Assembly: GCA_964016885.1 (NCBI GenBank)
Contig: OZ024762.1
Span: forward strand, 29,202,001 to 29,266,000
DNA from: Eledone cirrhosa
Lineage: Eukaryota
DNA: 64,000 nt
Direction: 5' to 3'
In this document: positions 1-11,610 of the stretch, piece by piece
Position numbering within the stretch: position 1 is the first letter of the stretch
How the letters are laid out: each line of letters starts with the position of its first letter
Program-made: the position numbers and the translations under genes
The notes under the pieces: generated by a model
Seen by the model: the letters and a program-made list of their open reading frames with translations, nothing else
Databases searched by the model: none
What the model was told of the DNA's origin: nothing

Positions 1-3000
1 ACTTATCCCTCTTATACCCAGTTTCTCTCTCAACACATCACATGTCCATACCACCTCAGTCATCTCTCCCACACACCACAACTTATCCCTCTTATACACA
101 GTTTCTCTCTCAACTCATCACATGTCCATACCACCTCAGTCTCCTCTCCCGTACACTACATTCTATCCTTCTCAGATACAGTTTCTCTCTCAACACATTA
201 CATGTCCATACCACCTCAGTCTCCTCTGCCGTACACTACATTCTATCCCTCTCAGACACAGTTTCTCTCTCTACACATCACATGTCCATACCACCTCAGT
301 CTCCTGTCCCGTACACTACATTCTATCCCTCTCAGACACAGTTTCTCTCTCAACACATCACATGTCCATACCACCTCAGTCTCCTCTCCCGTACACTACA
401 TTCTATCCCTCTCAGACACAGTTTCTCTCTCAACACATCACATGTCCATACCACCTCAGTCTCCTGTCCCGTACACTACATTCTATCCTTCTCAGACACA
501 GTTTCTCTCTCAACACATCACATGTCCATACCACCTCAGTCTCCTCTCCCGTACACTACATTCTATCCCTCTCAGACACAGTTTCTCTCTCAACACATCA
601 CATGTCCATACCACCTCAGTCTCCTCTCCCGTACACTACATTCTATCCTTCTCAGATACAGTTTCTCTCTCAACACATTACATGTCCATACCACCTCAGT
701 CTCCTCTGCCGTACACTACATTCTATCCCTCTCAGACACAGTTTCTATCACAACACATCACATGTCCATACCACCTCAGTCTCCTCTCCCGTACACTACA
801 TTCTATCCCTCTCAGACACAGTTTCTCTCTCAACACATCACATGTCCATACCATCGCAGCCTTCTCTCCCACACACCACAACTTATCCCTGTTATACACA
901 GTTTCACACTCATCACATCACATGTCCATTCCATCTCAGTCTTCTCTCCCACACACCACAACTTATCCCTCTTATACACAGTTTCTCTCTCAACTCATCA
1001 CATGTCCATACCACCTCAGTCATCTCTCCCACACACCACAACTTATCCCTCTTATACACAGTTTCTCTCTCAACACATCACATGTACATACCATCTCAAT
1101 CTTCTCTCCCACACACCACAACTTATCCCTCTTATACACAGTTAATCTCTCAACACATCACATGACCATACCACCTCAGTCATCTCTCTCACACACCACA
1201 ACTTATCCCTCTTATACACAGTTTCTCTCTCAACACATCACATGTCCATACCACCTCAGTCTTCTCTCCCACACACCACAACTTATCCCTCTTATACACA
1301 GTTTCTCTCTCAACACATTACATGTCCATACCACCTCAGTCTCCTCTCCCGTACACTACATTCTATCCCTCTCAGATACAGTTTCTCTCTCAACACATCA
1401 CATGTCCATACCACCTCAGTCTCCTCGCCCGTACACTACATTCTATCCCTCTCAGATACAGTTTCTCTCTCAACACATTACATGTCCATACCACCTCAGT
1501 CTCCTCTCCCGTACACTACATTCTATCCCTCTCAGATACAGTTTCTCTCTCAACACATTACATGTCCATACCACCTCAGTCTCCTCTCCCGTACACTACA
1601 TTCTATCCCTCTCAGATACAGTTTCTCTCTCAACACATCACATGTCCATACCACCTCAGTCTCCTCTCCCGTACACTACATTCTATCCCTCTCAGATACA
1701 GTTTCTCTCTCAACACATCACATGTCCATACCACCTCAGTCTCCTCTCCCGTACACTACATTCTATCCTTCTCAGACACAGTTTCTCTCTCAACACATCA
1801 CATGTCCATACCACCTCAGTCTATTCTCCCGTACACTACATTCTATCCCTCTCAGACACAGTTTCTCTCTCAACACATCACATGTCCATACCACCTCAGT
1901 ATCCTCTCCCGTACACTACATTCTATCCTTCTCAGAGACAGTTTCTCTCTCAACACATTACATGTCCATACCACCTCAGTCTCCTCTCCCGTACACTACA
2001 TTCTATCCCTCTCAGACACAGTTTCTCTCTCAACACATCACATGTACATACCACCTCAGTCTCCTCTCCCGTACACTACATTATATCCTTCTCAGACACA
2101 GTTTCTCTCTCAACACGTCACATGTCCATACCACCTCAGTCTCCTCTCCCACACACCACAACTTATCCCTCTTATACACAGTTTCTCTCTCAACACATCA
2201 CATGTTCATACCATCTCAGTCTCCTCTCCCACACACCACAACTTATCCCTCTTATACACAGTTTCTCTGTCAACACATCACATGTCCATACCATCTCAGT
2301 CATCTCTCCCACACACCACAACTTATCCCTCTTATACCCAGTTTCTATCTCACACTCATCACATGCCTATTCCATCTCAGTCTTCTCTCCCACACACCAC
2401 AACTTATCCCTCTTATACACAGTTTCTCTCTCAACTCATCACATGTCCATACCATCTCAGTCTTCTCTCCCACACACTACAACTTATCCCTCTTATACAC
2501 AGTTTCTCTCTCAACTCATCACATGTCCATTCCATCTCAGTCTTCTCTCCCACACACCACAACTTATCCCTCTTATACACAGTTTCTCTCTCAACACATC
2601 ACATGTCCAAACCATCTCAGTCTTCTCCCCCACACACTACAACTTATCCCTCTTATACACAGTTTCTCTATCAACACATCACATGTCCATACCACCTCAG
2701 TCTTCTCTCCTGTACACTACAACTTATCCCTCTTATACACAGTTTCTCTCTCAACACATCACATGTCCATACCATCTCAGTCTTCTCTCCCACACACTAT
2801 AACTTATCCCTCTGATACACAGTTTCTCTCTCAACACATCACATGTCCATACCATCTCAGTCTTCTCTCCCACACACTACAACTTATGCCTCTTATACAC
2901 AGTTTCTCTCTCAACACATCACATGTCCATACCACCTCAGTCATCTCTCCCATACACCACAACTTATCCCTCTTATACCTAGTTTCTCTCTCAACTCATC

Positions 3001-6000
3001 ACATGTCCATTCCATCTCAGTCTTCTCTCCCACACACCACAACTTATCCCTCTGATACACAGTTTCTCTCTCAACTCATCACACGTCCATACCACCTCAG
3101 TCTTCTCTCCCACACACCACAACTTATCCCTCTTATACGCAGTTTCTCTCTCAACTCATCACATGTCCATACCGTCTCAGTCTTCTCTCCCACACACCAC
3201 AACTTATCCCTCTTATACCCAGTTTCTCTCTCAACTCATCACATGTCCATACCATCTCAGTCTTCTCTCCCACACACTACAACTTATCCCACTTATACAC
3301 AGTTTCTCTCTCAACACATCACATGTCCATACCACCTCAGTCATCTCTCACACACACCACAACTTATCCCTCTTATACCCAGTTTCTTTCTCAACACATC
3401 ACATGTCCATACCACCTCAGTCATCTCTCCCACACACCACAACTTATCCCTCTTATACCCAGTTTCTCTCTCAACTCATCACATGTCCATACCATCTCAG
3501 TCTTCTCTCCCACACACTACAACTTATCCCTCTTATACACAGTTTCTCTCTCAACGCATCACATGTCCATACCAGCTCAGTGATCTCTCCCACACACCAC
3601 AACTTATCCCTCTTATACACAGTTTCTCTCTCAACACATCACATATCCATACCACCTCAGTCTTCTCTCCCACACACCACAACTTATCCCCCTTATACAC
3701 AGTTTCTCTCTCAACACAAAATGTCCATACCATCTCAGTCATCTCTCTCACACACTACGACTTATCCCTCTTATACACAGTTTCTCTCTCAACTCATCAC
3801 ATGTCCATTCCATCTCAGTCTTCTCTCCCACACACCACAACTTATCCCTCTTATACCCAGTTTCTCTCTCAACACATCACATGTCCATACCACCTCAGTC
3901 ATCTCTCCCACACACCACAACTTATCCCTCTTATACACAGTTTCTCTCTCAACACATCACATGTCCATACCATCTCAATCTTCTCTCCCACACACCACAA
4001 CTTATCCCTCTTATACACAGTTAATCTCTCAACACATCACATGACCATACCACCTCAGTCATCTCTCTCACACACCACAACATATCCCTCTTATACACAG
4101 TTTCTCTCTCAACACATCACATGTCCATACCACCTCAGTCTTCTCTCCCACACACCACAACTTATCCCTCTTATACACAGTTTCTCTCTGAAGACATCAC
4201 ATGTCCATACCACCTCAGTCATCTCTCCCACACACCACAACTTATCCCTCTTATACACAGTTTCTCTCTCAACACATCACATGTCCATACCATCTCAATC
4301 TTCTCTCCCACACACCACAACTTATCCCTCTTATACACAGTTAATCTCTCAACACATCACATGACCATACCACCTCAGTCATCTCTCTCACACACCACAA
4401 CTTATCCCTCTTATACCCAGTTTCTCTCTCAACACATCACATGTCCATACCACCTCAGTCTTCTCTCCCACACACCACAACTTATCCCTCTTATACACAG
4501 TTTCTCTCTCAACACATCACATGTCCATACCACCTCAGTCATCTCTCCCACACACCACAACTTATCCCTCTTATACACAGTTTCTCTCTCAACACATCAC
4601 ATGTCCATTCCATCTCAGTCTTCTCTCCCACACACTACAACTTATCCCTCTGATACCCAGTTTCTCTCTCAACACATCACATGTCCATACCATCTCAGTC
4701 TTCTCTCCCACACACCACAACTTATCCCTCTTATACAGAGTTTCTCTCTCAACACGTCACATGTCCATACCATCTCAGTCTTCTCCTCCGCTCACTACAA
4801 CTTATCCTTCTGATACACAGTTTCTCTCCCACACACCACAACTTATCTCTCTTATACACAGTTTCTCTCTCAACACATCACATGTACATACCATCTTAGT
4901 CTTCTCTCGCACAAACCACAATTTATCCCTCTTATACCCAGTTTCTCTCTCAACTCATCACATGTCCATACCATCTCAGTCTTCTCTCCCACACATTACA
5001 ACTTATGCCTCTTATACACAGTTTCACACTCAACACATCACATGTCCATACCATCGCAGCCTTCTCTCCCACACACCACAACTTATCCCTCTTATACCCA
5101 GTTTCTCTCTCAATACATCACATGTTCATACCATCGCAGCCTTCTCTCCCACACACCACAACTTATCCCTCTTATACCCAGTTTCTCTCTCAACATATCA
5201 CATGTCCATACCATCTCAGTCTTCTCTCCCACACACTACAACTTATCAATCTGATACCCAGTTTCTCTCTCAACACATCACATGTCCATACCATCTCAGT
5301 CTTCTCTCCCACACACTACAACTTATCCCTCTTATACACAGTTTCTCTCTCAACACATCATATGTCCATACCATCTCAGTCTTCTCTCCCACACACCACA
5401 ACTTATCCCTCTTATACACAGTTTCTCCCTCAACACATCACATGTCCATACCATCTCAGTCTTCTCTCCCACACACTACAACTTATCCCTCTTATACACA
5501 GTTTCTCTCTCAACGCATCACCTGTCCATTCCATCTCAGTCTTCTCTCCCACACACCACAACTTATCCCTCTTATACACAATTTCTCTCTCAACTCATCA
5601 CATGTTCATACCATCTCAGTCTTCTCTCCCACACACCACAACTTATCCCTCTTATACACAGTTTCTCTCTCAACACATCACATGTCCATAGCATCTCAGT
5701 CATCTCTCTCACACACTACGACTTATCCCTCTTATACACAGTTTCTCTCTCAACACATCACATGTCCATTCCATCTCAGTCTTCTCTCCCACACACCACA
5801 ACTTATCCCTCTTATACCCAGTTTCTTTCTCAACACATCACATGTCCATACCACCTCAGTCATCTCTCCCACACACCACAACTTATCCCTCTTATACACA
5901 GTTTCTCTCTCAACTCATCACATGTCCATACCACCTCAGTCTCCTGTCCCGTACACTACATTCTATCCTTCTCAGACACAGTTTCTCTCTCAACACATCA

Positions 6001-9000
6001 CATGTCCATACCACCTCAATCTCCTCTCCCGTACACTACGTTCTATCCCTCTCAGACACAGTTTCTCTCTCTACACATCACATGTCCATACCACCTCAGT
6101 CTCCTCTCCCGTACACTACATTCTATCCCTCTCAGACACAGTTTCTCTCTCAACACATCACATGTCCATACCACCTCAGTCTCCTGTCCCGTACACTACA
6201 TTCTATCCTTCTCAGACACAGTTTCTCTCTCAACACATTACATGTCCATACCACCTCAGTCTCCTCTCCCGTACACTACATTCTATCCCTCTCAGACACA
6301 GTTTCTCTCTCAACACATCACATGTCCATACCACCTCAGTCTCCTCTCCCGTACACTACATTCTATCCCTCTCAGACACAGTTTCTCTCTCAACACATTA
6401 CATGTCCATACCACCTCAGTCTCCTGTCCCGTACACTACATTCTATCCTTCTCAGACACAGTTTCTCTCTCAACACATCACATGTCCATACCACCTCAGT
6501 CTCCTCTCCCGTACACTACATTCTATCCTTCTCAGATACAGTTTCTCTCTCAACACATTACATGTCCATACCACCTCAGTCTCCTCTGCCGTACACTACA
6601 TTCTATCAATCTCAGACACAGTTTCTCTCTCAACACATCACATGTCCATACCACCTCAGTCTCCTCTCCCGTATACTACATTCTATCCCTCTCAGACACA
6701 GTTTCTCTCTCAACACATCACATGTCCATACCACCTCAGTCTTCTCTCCCACACACCACAACTTATCCCTGTTATACACAGTTTCACACTCATCACATCA
6801 CATGTCCATACCACCTCAGTCATCTCTCCCACACACCACAACTTATCCCTCTTATACACAGTTTCTCTCTCAACTCATCACATGTCCATACCACCTCAGT
6901 CTCCTGTCCCGTACACTACATTCTATCCTTCTCAGACACAGTTTCTCTCTCAACACATCACATGTCCATACCACCTCAATGTCCTCTCCCGTACACTACG
7001 TTCTATCCCTCTCAGACACAGTTTCTCTCTCTACACATCACATGTCCATACCACCTCAGTCTCCTGTCCCGTACACTACATTCTATCCCTCTCAGACACA
7101 GTTTCTCTCTCAACACATCACATGTCCATACCACCTCAGTCTCCTCTCCCGTACACTACATTCTATCCCTCTCAGACACAGTTTCTCTCTCAACACATCA
7201 CATGTCCATACCACCTCAGTCTCCTGTCCCGTACACTACATTCTATCCTTCTCAGACACAGTTTCTCTCTCAACACATCACATGTCCATACCACCTCAGT
7301 CTCCTCTCCCGTACACTACATTCTATCCCTCTCAGACACAGTTTCTCTCTCAACACATCACATGTCCATACCACCTCAGTCTCCTCTCCCGTACACTACA
7401 TTCTATCCTTCTCAGATACAGTTTCTCTCTCAACACATTACATGTCCATACCACCTCAGTCTCCTCTGCCGTACACTACATTCTATCCCTCTCAGACACA
7501 GTTTCTATCACAACACATCACATGTCCATACCACCTCAGTCTCCTCTCCCGTACACTACATTCTATCCCTCTCAGACACAGTTTCTCTCTCAACACATCA
7601 CATGTCCATACCATCGCAGCCTTCTCTCCCACACACCACAACTTATCCCTGTTATACACAGTTTCACACTCATCACATCACATGTCCATTCCATCTCAGT
7701 CTTCTCTCCCACACACCACAACTTATCCCTCTTATACACAGTTTCTCTCTCAACTCATCACATGTCCATACCACCTCAGTCTCCTGTCCCGTACACTACA
7801 TTCTATCCTTCTCAGACACAGTTTCTCTCTCAACACATCACATGTCCATACCACCTCAATCTCCTCTCCCGTACACTACGTTCTATCCCTCTCAGACACA
7901 GTTTCTCTCTCTACACATCACATGTCCATACCACCTCAGTCTCCTCTCCCGTACACTACATTCTATCCCTCTCAGACACAGTTTCTCTCTCAACACATCA
8001 CATGTCCATACCACCTCAGTCTCCTGTCCCGTACACTACATTCTATCCTTCTCAGACACAGTTTCTCTCTCAACACATTACATGTCCATACCACCTCAGT
8101 CTCCTCTCCCGTACACTACATTCTATCCCTCTCAGACACAGTTTCTCTCTCAACACATCACATGTCCATACCACCTCAGTCTCCTCTCCCGTACACTACA
8201 TTCTATCCCTCTCGGACACAGTTTCTCTCTCAACACATCACATGTCCATACCACCTCAGTCTCCTGTCCCGTACACTACATTCTATCCTTCTCAGACACA
8301 GTTTCTCTCTCAACACATCACATGTCCATACCACCTCAGTCTCCTCTCCCGTACACTACATTCTATCCCTCTCAGACACAGTTTCTCTCTCAACACATCA
8401 CATGTCCATACCACCTCAGTCTCCTCTCCCGTACACTACATTCTATCCTTCTCAGATACAGTTTCTCTCTCAACACATTACATGTCCATACCACCTCAGT
8501 CTCCTCTGCCGTACACTACATTCTATCCCTCTCAGACACAGTTTCTCTCTCAACACATCACATGTCGATACCACCTCAGTCTCCTCTCCCGTACACTACA
8601 TTCTATCCCTCTCAGACACAGTTTCTCTCTCAACACATCACATGTCCATAACATCGCAGCCTTCTCTCCCACACACCACAACTTATCCCTGTTATACACA
8701 GTTTCACACTCATCACATCACATGTCCATACCATCGCAGCCTTCTCTCCCACACAGCACAACTTATCCCTCTTATACCCAGTTTCTCTCTCAACATATCA
8801 CATGTCCATACCATCTCAGTCTTCTCTCCCACACACTACAACTTATCAATCTGATACCCAGTTTCTCTCTCAACACATCACATGTCCATACCATCTCAGT
8901 CTTCTCTCCCACACACTACAACTTATCCCTCTTATACACAGTTTCTCCCTCAACACATCACATGTCCATACCATCTCAGTCTTCTCTCCCACACACTACA

Positions 9001-10279
9001 ACTTATCCCTCTTATACACAGTTTCTCTCTCAACGCATCACCTGTCCATTCCATCTCAGTCTTCTCTCCCACACATTACAACTTATGCCTCTTATACACA
9101 GTTTCACACTCTACACATCACATGTCCATACCATCGCAGCCTTCTCTCCCACACACCACAACTTATCCCTCTTATACCCAGTTTCTCTCTCAATACATCA
9201 CATGTTCATACCATCGCAGCCTTCTCTCCCACACACCACAACTTATCCCTCTTATACCCAGTTTCTCTCTCAACATATCACATGTCCATACCATCTCAGT
9301 CTTCTCTCCCACACACTACAACTTATCAATCTGATACCCAGTTTCTCTCTCAACACATCACATGTCCATACCATCTCAGTCTTCTCTCCCACACACTACA
9401 ACTTATCCCTCTTATACACAGTTTCTCTCTCAACACATCATATGTCCATACCATCTCAGTCTTCTCTCCCACACACCACAACTTATCCCTCTTATACACA
9501 GTTTCTCCCTCAACACATCACATGTCCATACCATCTCAGTCTTCTCTCCCACACACTACAACTTATCCCTCTTATACACAGTTTCTCTCTCAACGCATCA
9601 CCTGTCCATTCCATCTCAGTCTTCTCTCCCACACACCACAACTTATCCCTCTTATACACAATTTCTCTCTCAACTCATCACATGTTCATACCATCTCAGT
9701 CTTCTCTCCCACACACCACAACTTATCCCTCTTATACACAGTTTCTCTCTCAACACATCACATGTCCATAGCATCTCAGTCATCTCTCTCACACACTACG
9801 ACTTATCCCTCTTATACACAGTTTCTCTCTCAACACATCACATGTCCATTCCATCTCAGTCTTCTCTCCCACACACCACAACTTATCCCTCTTATACCCA
9901 GTTTCTCTCTCAACACATCACATGTCCATACCACCTCAGTCATCTCTCCCACACACCACAACTTATCCCTCTTATACACAGTTTCTCTCTCAACTCATCA
10001 CATGTCCATACCACCTCAGTCTCCTGTCCCGTACACTACATTCTATCCTTCTCAGACACAGTTTCTCTCTCAACACATCACATGTCCATACCACCTCAAT
10101 CTCCTCTCCCGTACACTACGTTCTATCCCTCTCAGACACAGTTTCTCTCTCTACACATCACATGTCCATACCACCTCAGTCTCCTCTCCCGTACACTACA
10201 TTCTATCCCTCTCAGACACAGTTTCTCTCTCAACACATCACATGTCCATACCACCTCAGTCTCCTGTCCCGTACACTAC
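1..10279 (+). repeat. 80-bp satellite tandem array, left arm (continues beyond window start)
   Basis: CATGTCCATACCA(C/T)CTCAGT recurs every 80 bp (41, 121, 201, ...). Type B monomer: CATGTCCATACCATCTCAGTCTTCTCTCCCACACACCACAACTTATCCCTCTTATACACAGTTTCTCTCTCAACACATCA. Type A monomer: CATGTCCATACCACCTCAGTCTCCTCTCCCGTACACTACATTCTATCCCTCTCAGACACAGTTTCTCTCTCAACACATCA. All copies are in one orientation. Confidence 0.99.
10276..10279 (+). other. Target-site duplication CTAC, left copy (right copy 12376-12379)
   Basis: Intact monomer reads GTACA-CTAC-ATTCTATCC. Left junction is GTACACTAC|TGTAGCG and right junction is CGCTATA|CTACATTCTATCC. A 5-bp ACTAC reading is formally possible if the LTR is 1 bp shorter, but the terminal inverted repeat favours 4 bp. 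Confidence 0.88.
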
Positions 10280-10644
10280 TGTAGCGGTTGTCTCCCTTGT
10301 TTTGATTAGGATCTAGACGGGAAGTGGAACCCTTTCTGCAACTTCCGGTCAGAGCCCTATAAAACTAACAACTTTAAGCTTCCTTTCTCTCTTTGCCTTT
10401 TCGGCACCAGGTCAAGAGCCTCTCATTTGGCTCTGCCATTAATTTGGCCAACAGGCGCCTGGCCTTAGCCAGGCGCCCTCTGCCAGCCGCGTTTGCCTGG
10501 CAATCAAAACGGTAACTACTAACTTTGTTTCATTCTAACATCTATCTTTGACATGTCAAGTATTCTATCTACCGTTAATTAAATATTATATACACAAACA
10601 TTGTCTCGTTTTGTTACATTCATACACCCAGTAATCTCGCTATA
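10280..10644 (+). repeat. 5' LTR (365 bp)
   Basis: Starts TGTAGCG and ends CGCTATA (6/7 terminal inverted repeat). Matches 12011-12375 at offset 1731 with no difference seen by eye. Confidence 0.97.
10358..10364 (+). promoter_or_regulatory. LTR TATA box (TATAAAA); copy at 12089-12095
   Basis: CCCTATAAAA lies ~80 bp into the LTR. It is preceded by two opposed ETS-like cores (CGGGAAGT 10318-10325, ACTTCCGG 10341-10348) and followed ~25 bp later by a pyrimidine-rich stretch. Orientation agrees with the PBS and PPT. Confidence 0.65.
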
Positions 10645-10645
10645 T

Positions 10646-10677
10646 TGGTAACCCTGACGTGATACGAACACGCAGCC
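10646..10677 (+). other. Primer-binding site complementary to tRNA-Trp 3' end (18-nt core 10646-10663, extended to 10677)
   Basis: TGGTAACCCTGACGTGAT begins 1 nt after the LTR. It matches 16/18 to the known tRNA-Trp PBS TGGTGACCCCGACGTGAT (as in avian retroviruses). The reverse complement of 10646-10677, GGCTGCGTGTTCGTATCACGTCAGGGTTACCA, has a T-arm (GCGTG-TTCGTAT-CACGT), acceptor 3' strand and CCA. Confidence 0.88.
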
Positions 10678-10860
10678 GTTCATCGCTATAAGTGGTCACC
10701 CCCCAAAAAAGAAAAAAATAGCACATCTGGTTTTGTGAGTAACATTACGAATACACAGCAAATTTAGCGACAAACTATGAAAATACTCAAGGACACGCAC
10801 ACACGCACATGTGGAATTCGCACAGACATACTTTTTCTCTCACGCATCAATTAACTGTCG

Positions 10861-10997
10861 CATTTCACCAATATATATATATATGTTTCTCGTTTCTTAC
10901 AACGAACACTTTCAAAACAAAAAAAACATTTCACGATATATATATATGTTTCTCGTTTCTTACAACGAACTCTTTCAAAACACAAAAAAAAAAAAAA
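10861..10997 (+). repeat. Two-copy ~66-bp tandem duplication inside the element
   Basis: CATTTCAC..(AT)n GTTTCTCGTTTCTTACAACGAAC(A/T)CTTTCAAAACA(A)n starts at 10861 and again at 10927. Confidence 0.9.
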
Positions 10998-11557
10998 GAA
11001 ATTTGATATTCTTGAAAAAACATTTCAACAGGAACATTTATTTTCGATGAACTATTGCCTTTTGTTCTTCGTTTTCTTCATCGTTCAAGTTTTTTGTTTT
11101 TTTCCAAAGTTCACACCTATAATTATGCTGATTGAAGCCTTTCTTTTTCATCATTGTCACTTTCAAAATTGCACTATCATTTTCTCGCGCGTTAGAAATA
11201 TTTTTTTTTCAACCTTGTATTGGCACGTGTAGGCAGCATAAATTCTCGATTCACTGAGATGTCTCTACTCACAGACAGCCGCACGCCATTTATCACCAGG
11301 GATTCTTCAGCCTTAAGCTATATTCTTCTATTTGCCGGTTTATAAATTTACAATGTAAATTTACCGTTGATAACCGCGCATTTATTAAGAATGCTTATTT
11401 CTCTGGTCGCTGGCCTCTTGACCCTTCCAGGTCAACGCATTCTCAACATCGACCATCAACTTCGGCTGCTATTTCTAGCACTTTGCGCAACTCATTTTTT
11501 TCTAGAAAGAAATTTTTTTTACTGTGAATTTAAACACCGAATACGCTCACTCAGCGA

Positions 11558-11610
11558 GACAACAGCAGCAGCAACAGCAATATAACAGCAACAGCAATAC
11601 ATCAACACAG
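11558..11610 (+). repeat. Degenerate (CAG/CAA)n microsatellite
   Basis: ACAACAGCAGCAGCAACAGCAATATAACAGCAACAGCAATACATCAACACAG. Confidence 0.7.

Noticed and set aside
4847-4860. CTCTTATACACA resembling the Tn5 mosaic end / Nextera adapter (CTGTCTCTTATACACATCT)
   Set aside because: Only 12-13 of 19 nt match, and the motif is an integral, mutating part of the type B monomer. It is coincidence, not contamination or a transposon end.
10646-10720. Full tRNA-Trp gene on the minus strand
   Set aside because: Only the 3' ~32 nt are present, with encoded CCA. There is no anticodon arm, D arm or 5' acceptor strand, and the position next to the LTR identifies it as a PBS.
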